The translations under genes were made by a program, and so were the position numbers. The notes under the pieces were generated by a model, which saw only the letters and a program-made list of their open reading frames with translations, searched no databases and was not told where the DNA came from. A stretch of DNA of 63,309 nucleotides, counting the filler. It is 8 parts of 8 records of this genome, joined end to end, with 100 filler letters (N's around TTAATTAATTAA, not from the genome) between each part and the next. Parts side by side here need not be neighbours in the genome. Positions count along the whole stretch, not along the records: positions 57,994 to 63,309 come from SRR31156797_48910; 7 more parts are not named here. One strand, 5' to 3'. This document shows, one piece after another, positions 58,778-63,309 of this stretch (position 1 is its first letter; each line of letters opens with the position of its first letter).

Positions 58778-59395
58778 ATGAAAACAAATGAAAGAAAAAA
58801 GCACTGGGAAGAGGTTTTTCAAACAAAAGATACATCAAAAGTAAGCTGGTACCAGTCGGTTCCGGAAACTTCGCTAAAGCTAATTGAGTCGTTAAACCTG
58901 CCAAAAACATCAAAAATAATAGATGCTGGCTGTGGCGACAGTTTTCTGCCCGATAACCTTCTGGAAAAAGGATATTCAGATATTACACTTATTGATATTT
59001 CAGAAAAAGCATTGGATGTGGTTAAAAAAAGAATTGGGAAAACAGAAAAAATAAAATGTGAGGCTGCCGATGTAACCCGTTTTATTCCCGTCGAAAAATT
59101 TGACCTTTGGCACGACCGTGCGGTTTTTCACTTTCTGAATGAAAAAGAAGATATCTTGAAATATGTAAAAACAGTTTCAAATTCAATCCAATCGCGAGGA
59201 CACCTAATTATCGGTACTTTTTCAAATAATGGTCCCGACCAATGTAGTGGTTTACATGTACATCAATACAATGAAAATGAAATTACCGGAATATTCAATC
59301 ATTCATTCAAAAAAATAAACTGTTTTACCGAAAATCATTCAACACCTTCCGGAGGAAGTCAGAATTTTCTATTTTGCCTGTTTCAAAAAAGATAA
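58778..59395 (+). CDS. Class I SAM-dependent methyltransferase
   Basis: VSWYQ, IIDAGCGDS, DIS, WHDRAVFHFL, GPDQCSGL. Confidence 0.9.
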   Translation: MKTNERKKHWEEVFQTKDTSKVSWYQSVPETSLKLIESLNLPKTSKIIDAGCGDSFLPDNLLEKGYSDITLIDISEKALDVVKKRIGKTEKIKCEAADVTRFIPVEKFDLWHDRAVFHFLNEKEDILKYVKTVSNSIQSRGHLIIGTFSNNGPDQCSGLHVHQYNENEITGIFNHSFKKINCFTENHSTPSGGSQNFLFCLFQKR

Positions 59396-59490
59396 TCCAA
59401 TCTGTTTCAAACGAAAATTAAAATAACGAAAGTGCTAATTACCCTGAAAAGATCTATTTTTACCTTTCTAATTCAATTAAAATAAACATT

Positions 59491-60012
59491 ATGAAAAACA
59501 TTTTCACATTTCTTTTATTTATTACACTTGGTTTAACTGTTTCTGCACAAATGCCAAAAGCGCCCAGCAATTTTACAAATCCAACAATTGGTGTTGGAGT
59601 TGTAGTTGAAGATTTACAAAAATCGATTGACTTTTATACCAATATTATTGGAATGATTAAAACCGGTGAATTTTCGGTAACCAAAGAACAATGTACTGAA
59701 CTTGGATTAACCGATTCGTATCAATTAGATGTAACCATACTAAAACTGGAAAACAGTGAACGTTCGAACGAATGGAAACTAATGAGCCTGGGAACAAAAG
59801 CTAATCATCCAAAACAAAAATTTATGAGCGACGACACAGGAATGCAATACATAACTATTATGGTTAATCACATAAATCCTGTGATGGAAAGAATTCAAAA
59901 AAATAATATTAAAATACTCAGCGGAACTCCGTCTACAATCGCCGACGGAAGAAAATTCATTTTGATACAAGATCCCGATGGTACTTTTATTGAATTGATT
60001 GGACCGGAATAA
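59491..60012 (+). CDS. Exported VOC/glyoxalase family protein
   Basis: Signal peptide, VEDLQKSIDFYT, QDPDGTFIELI. Confidence 0.85.
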   Translation: MKNIFTFLLFITLGLTVSAQMPKAPSNFTNPTIGVGVVVEDLQKSIDFYTNIIGMIKTGEFSVTKEQCTELGLTDSYQLDVTILKLENSERSNEWKLMSLGTKANHPKQKFMSDDTGMQYITIMVNHINPVMERIQKNNIKILSGTPSTIADGRKFILIQDPDGTFIELIGPE

Positions 60013-60036
60013 CCAACATTCTAAATTGCATATGAA

Positions 60037-60081
60037 AAGCACTCTTAAATACTGAATTTCTGCTATTTAAGAGTGTTTCTT
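60037..60081 (+). terminator. Intrinsic terminator
   Basis: CACTCTTAAATA (60040-60051) pairs with TATTTAAGAGTG (60064-60075), followed by TTTCTT. Confidence 0.7.
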
Positions 60082-60166
60082 ATTTATACAAGAACAATTG
60101 TATTTTGAATCGGATTTTTTACTAATTTCGAACAATATTAAAATATGTTCGAAACACATTTAAATA

Positions 60167-60835
60167 ATGCAAAAAATATCGAAAAGAAAAGGAGTTAAAG
60201 CCGAGTACAGAACACTTACATTAGGAGAAGAAATATTCAACAGCATAACTCATGGAATTGGAACTTTATTGAGTATTGCAGCGTTAGTTTTGCTAATTGT
60301 TTTTGCAGCCATTAAAGGAAATGCATGGCATGTGGTAAGTTTTTCTATTTTTGGCACTACACTTGTTTTATTATACTTATCTTCAACACTTTATCACAGT
60401 TTCACAAAAGCAAAAATTAAAAATTTGTTTGCCCGGTTTGATCATGCCGCTATTTTTTTATTGATTGCCGGAACATATACACCTTTTCTGTTAACTGCAC
60501 TTCGCGGCCCACTTGGTTGGGTATTATTTGGAATAATTTGGGGCGTTGCAATTACAGGAGTTGTTATTCGTTCTATTTACCTTACCCGATTCAGAAAACT
60601 TATGGTTGGCTTGTATCTTGCGATGGGATGGATGTTTGTTGTTGCCATTGGTCCAATGATGAAAAATTTACCGGGTATTAGTATGCTTTTCCTCTTTCTT
60701 GGTGGTATTATGTATTCGGTTGGTGTTATTTTTTATGTTTGGAGAAACCTAAAATTTGGTCACGGAATCTGGCACCTTTTTGTTTTAGCTGGAAGTATAA
60801 TGCACTTTTTTTCAGTTATTTACAGTTTAAATTAA
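60167..60835 (+). CDS. Hemolysin III/PAQR family membrane protein (TrhA-like)
   Basis: EEIFNSITHG, SSTLYH, DHAAIFLLIAGTYTP, HGIWHLFV. Confidence 0.92.
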   Translation: MQKISKRKGVKAEYRTLTLGEEIFNSITHGIGTLLSIAALVLLIVFAAIKGNAWHVVSFSIFGTTLVLLYLSSTLYHSFTKAKIKNLFARFDHAAIFLLIAGTYTPFLLTALRGPLGWVLFGIIWGVAITGVVIRSIYLTRFRKLMVGLYLAMGWMFVVAIGPMMKNLPGISMLFLFLGGIMYSVGVIFYVWRNLKFGHGIWHLFVLAGSIMHFFSVIYSLN

Positions 60836-62296
60836 TTTTTCAAATCGTTTATAAGCGATTCCCCAGTCTAATTTTTCTTTAGGTAAATACTGGGTAACAT
60901 CGAACGAATTAAAGATTATTTCCCTTATTTCGTTTAACGAATTTACAATACCATTAGCTTTTGCCTGCATCATAATATTTCCAATTGCAGTTGCTTCGGT
61001 AGGCCCTGCAAATACATGAATTTGCAAAGCATCGGCAGTTAACTGATTCAACATTTTATTATTTGCACCTCCTCCAATAATATGAAGTTTTTCAACCGGT
61101 TTACCTGAAACTGTTTCAATTTGATTAATAGTAAATTTATATTTCAAAACCAAACTATCGTAAATACAACGTGCAATTTCTCCTTTTGTAAGGGGAATAA
61201 ATTGATTTGTTTTTTTACAGAATTCCTGAATGGCTTCAGGCATGTTTTCGGGATTTAAAAACATGGCATCATCCGGATTTATCAGGCATTTAAAATGTTC
61301 TTCCTGGTTGCTTAAATCAACTATTTCCTGCCAATCCATTTCTGCCTCTTCATCCCAAATTCGTTTACATTCCTGAATAAGCCACATTCCCATAATATTC
61401 TTTAGAAAACGGGTTGTCCCTTCTACTCCTCCTTCGTTTGTAAAGTTCATTTTTAATGTCTTTTCCGAGACAAACGGGTTTTGATTTTCGATACCCAAAA
61501 CCGACCATGTTCCTGAACTTAAAAAAGCCCAGTTTTTCCCTTTTGCCGGCACCGAAGCGACGGCAGAAGCAGTATCGTGCGAAGCCACAGCAATACAAGG
61601 AATATCCGTTGAACCGGTTTCTTCCATTATTTCAGGAAGAATATTTCCAATTTTTGAACCAGCTAAAATTATTTCGTTAACTAATTCCAACGGGATTCCG
61701 GCTGCTTTAAATAATTCAGGTTCCCATTCTGCTTTTCCGGGTTTTAGCAATTGAGATGTGCTTGCAATGGTATATTCATTTTTCTTTACTCCGGTAAATA
61801 AATAATTTAAAACATCGGGTGTAAACAACAAACTTTCAGCGATTTCCATTCCTGAATATTTTGATTGAATGGAAGAAAAAAGCTGAAATAAAGTATTAAA
61901 CTGCATAAATTGTATTCCTGAAAGTAAGTAGGTTTCCTTTTTCGAAAGTATTTCAAAAAACTCATCCATTGAATTATCGGTTCGATGATCGCGGTATGCA
62001 AAGGGTAATCCAACCAAATGCCCTTCTTTATTCAACAGGCAATAATCTACTCCCCATGTATCAATTCCAATAGAATCGGGGTGAATATTATGTTCATTTA
62101 TGCATTTTTTCAAACCGGTTTTTAATTCATCAAACAAATTAAAGATATTCCAAAAATAACTTCCGTGAATTTTTGTCATTTGATTTTTAAACCGATGTGT
62201 TTCAACTAATTCCAGCTTTCTATCTTTTAGTATTCCAAGGATTGCCCTACCGCTTGAAGCTCCAAGATCGAAGGCTAAAAAATAGTTTCTTTTCAT
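60827..62296 (-). CDS. rhaB: Rhamnulokinase (FGGY family)
   Basis: DLGASSGR, IDTWGVD, YRDHRT, SHDTASA, SSGTWS, NEGG, NIMGMW. Confidence 0.9.
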   Translation of the reverse strand: MKRNYFLAFDLGASSGRAILGILKDRKLELVETHRFKNQMTKIHGSYFWNIFNLFDELKTGLKKCINEHNIHPDSIGIDTWGVDYCLLNKEGHLVGLPFAYRDHRTDNSMDEFFEILSKKETYLLSGIQFMQFNTLFQLFSSIQSKYSGMEIAESLLFTPDVLNYLFTGVKKNEYTIASTSQLLKPGKAEWEPELFKAAGIPLELVNEIILAGSKIGNILPEIMEETGSTDIPCIAVASHDTASAVASVPAKGKNWAFLSSGTWSVLGIENQNPFVSEKTLKMNFTNEGGVEGTTRFLKNIMGMWLIQECKRIWDEEAEMDWQEIVDLSNQEEHFKCLINPDDAMFLNPENMPEAIQEFCKKTNQFIPLTKGEIARCIYDSLVLKYKFTINQIETVSGKPVEKLHIIGGGANNKMLNQLTADALQIHVFAGPTEATAIGNIMMQAKANGIVNSLNEIREIIFNSFDVTQYLPKEKLDWGIAYKRFEKLI

Positions 62297-62488
62297 TTTG
62301 TTGATTTAATTTTTGAACCCTCAAAATAATACTTTTTTATGAAATTAAATATTCAGTAAATTAATGGAAGCATCAGTTTTTTGCATAAAAACCTAATATC
62401 ATAATTAATTGAGTGTTTTATTGATAGTTTAATTTTTTTGATCGAATTTTGTGTTCATAAATTTAAAATCCCAAAATTTAACTGAATT

Positions 62489-63309
62489 ATGAAATCATTA
62501 CTACGAATCTGCATTTTATCATTTTTTACGCTTTTACTCATTCAGCCTGTTTCCGGCCAAAATTTACTCAACAGAATTAAAAAAAAGGCTCAAGAAAAAG
62601 TAGAACAAAAAATTGAAGAACGAGCAGAAGAAAAACTAGACGAGAAAATTGACGAAGAACTTGACAAAGTTGAAGAATCGTTGGAGAAAGATGATGCAGA
62701 AGATGTTGAGGCCTCAGAAGACAGTGATATTGATCGCGAGGCAAAAATGCAAAATAGAATGCAAGGCATGTTAAAAGGACTAGGCATGTCGGGCGAACCT
62801 GTTCCGATTTCAGACAGTTATAGTTTCGATCATTTAATTCAAATGCACATTGAATCTTTTGATAATGCAGGCAATAAGACCAGCGACGGTGAATTCATTA
62901 CGCATCTAAATCCGTCATCGAAAAGTATGGCCTACCAAGTAGTTTCGGGCGATATGGCACAGGAAGGACAAGGAATGTTTATTATTGACATGGAAAATGA
63001 GGCTACCATAATGCTAAATGAAGAAAGCGGTGATAAAACCGGAATCGTTTACGGAATGGGCTCATTTATGGAATCGATTGGAGAAGAATACCAGGAGGAA
63101 GAATTAGAAGAACTGGAAGATTCCCCTGATTTGTATCTGGCTAATCCGAATGTAAAAAAGACTGGAAAAACAAAAACCATTGCTGGTTATAAATGTGAAG
63201 AATATGAATATAATGATGAAGAGTCGGTTTCTAATATTTGGATTACTAAAGACCTGAAAATGAATACCAAGGATTTTTTCAGTACACTTTATAAAACCAG
63301 TTTATATTC
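62489..63309 (+). CDS. Secreted DUF4412-like protein (3' truncated; absent from the ORF track)
   Basis: ATG at 62489: MKSLLRICILSFFTLLLIQPVSGQNLLNRIKKK..., acidic coiled segment, KKTGKTKTIAGYKCEEY...WIT; open to the window end. Confidence 0.75.
   Translation, partial: MKSLLRICILSFFTLLLIQPVSGQNLLNRIKKKAQEKVEQKIEERAEEKLDEKIDEELDKVEESLEKDDAEDVEASEDSDIDREAKMQNRMQGMLKGLGMSGEPVPISDSYSFDHLIQMHIESFDNAGNKTSDGEFITHLNPSSKSMAYQVVSGDMAQEGQGMFIIDMENEATIMLNEESGDKTGIVYGMGSFMESIGEEYQEEELEELEDSPDLYLANPNVKKTGKTKTIAGYKCEEYEYNDEESVSNIWITKDLKMNTKDFFSTLYKTSLY

Noticed and set aside
60167-60835. Hemolysin III as a virulence factor
   Set aside because: PAQR/TrhA proteins are ubiquitous membrane homeostasis proteins.

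Overview
This window is not one locus. It is eight unrelated contigs joined by 100-bp artificial spacers (N-run, TTAATTAATTAA, N-run), consistent with an anoxic-sediment metagenome. (1) 1-5621, Desulfobacterota-like: Fe-S protein, crotonase, NUDIX and two receiver-domain regulators, with the same palindromic repeat at both ends. (2) 5722-20387, Desulfobacterota-like: Lrp-divergent operon for amide/beta-amino-acid catabolism (C45 Ntn-hydrolase, amidohydrolase, Liv ABC, class III aminotransferase, alanine dehydrogenase, carbamoylase), ending in an M20 fragment next to a decayed IS200 tnpA. (3) 20488-29796, Desulfobulbales-like: csp, ABC-F and a Hyb-type [NiFe] hydrogenase with rearranged gene order. 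(4) 29897-38703: rnfCDG, USP, MFS, and a sigma54 activator with a BCCT transporter. (5) 38804-46259: an echA19/ltp4/ltp3/2xDUF35/TetR module resembling actinobacterial branched sterol side-chain genes, followed by a tandem pair of RlaP/YcgL-like nucleotidyltransferases. (6) 46360-52648, Methanosarcinales-like archaeon: top6B and a cysC-cysD-cysN-DASS-USP sulfate-activation operon. (7) 52749-57893: YajD HNH, Kef-like antiporter, rhodanese, beta-barrel and PAS-LuxR. (8) 57994-63309, Bacteroidota-like genes including rhaB. No rRNA, tRNA or CRISPR array was seen. All family and taxon calls come from motif recognition by eye; no database searches were run.
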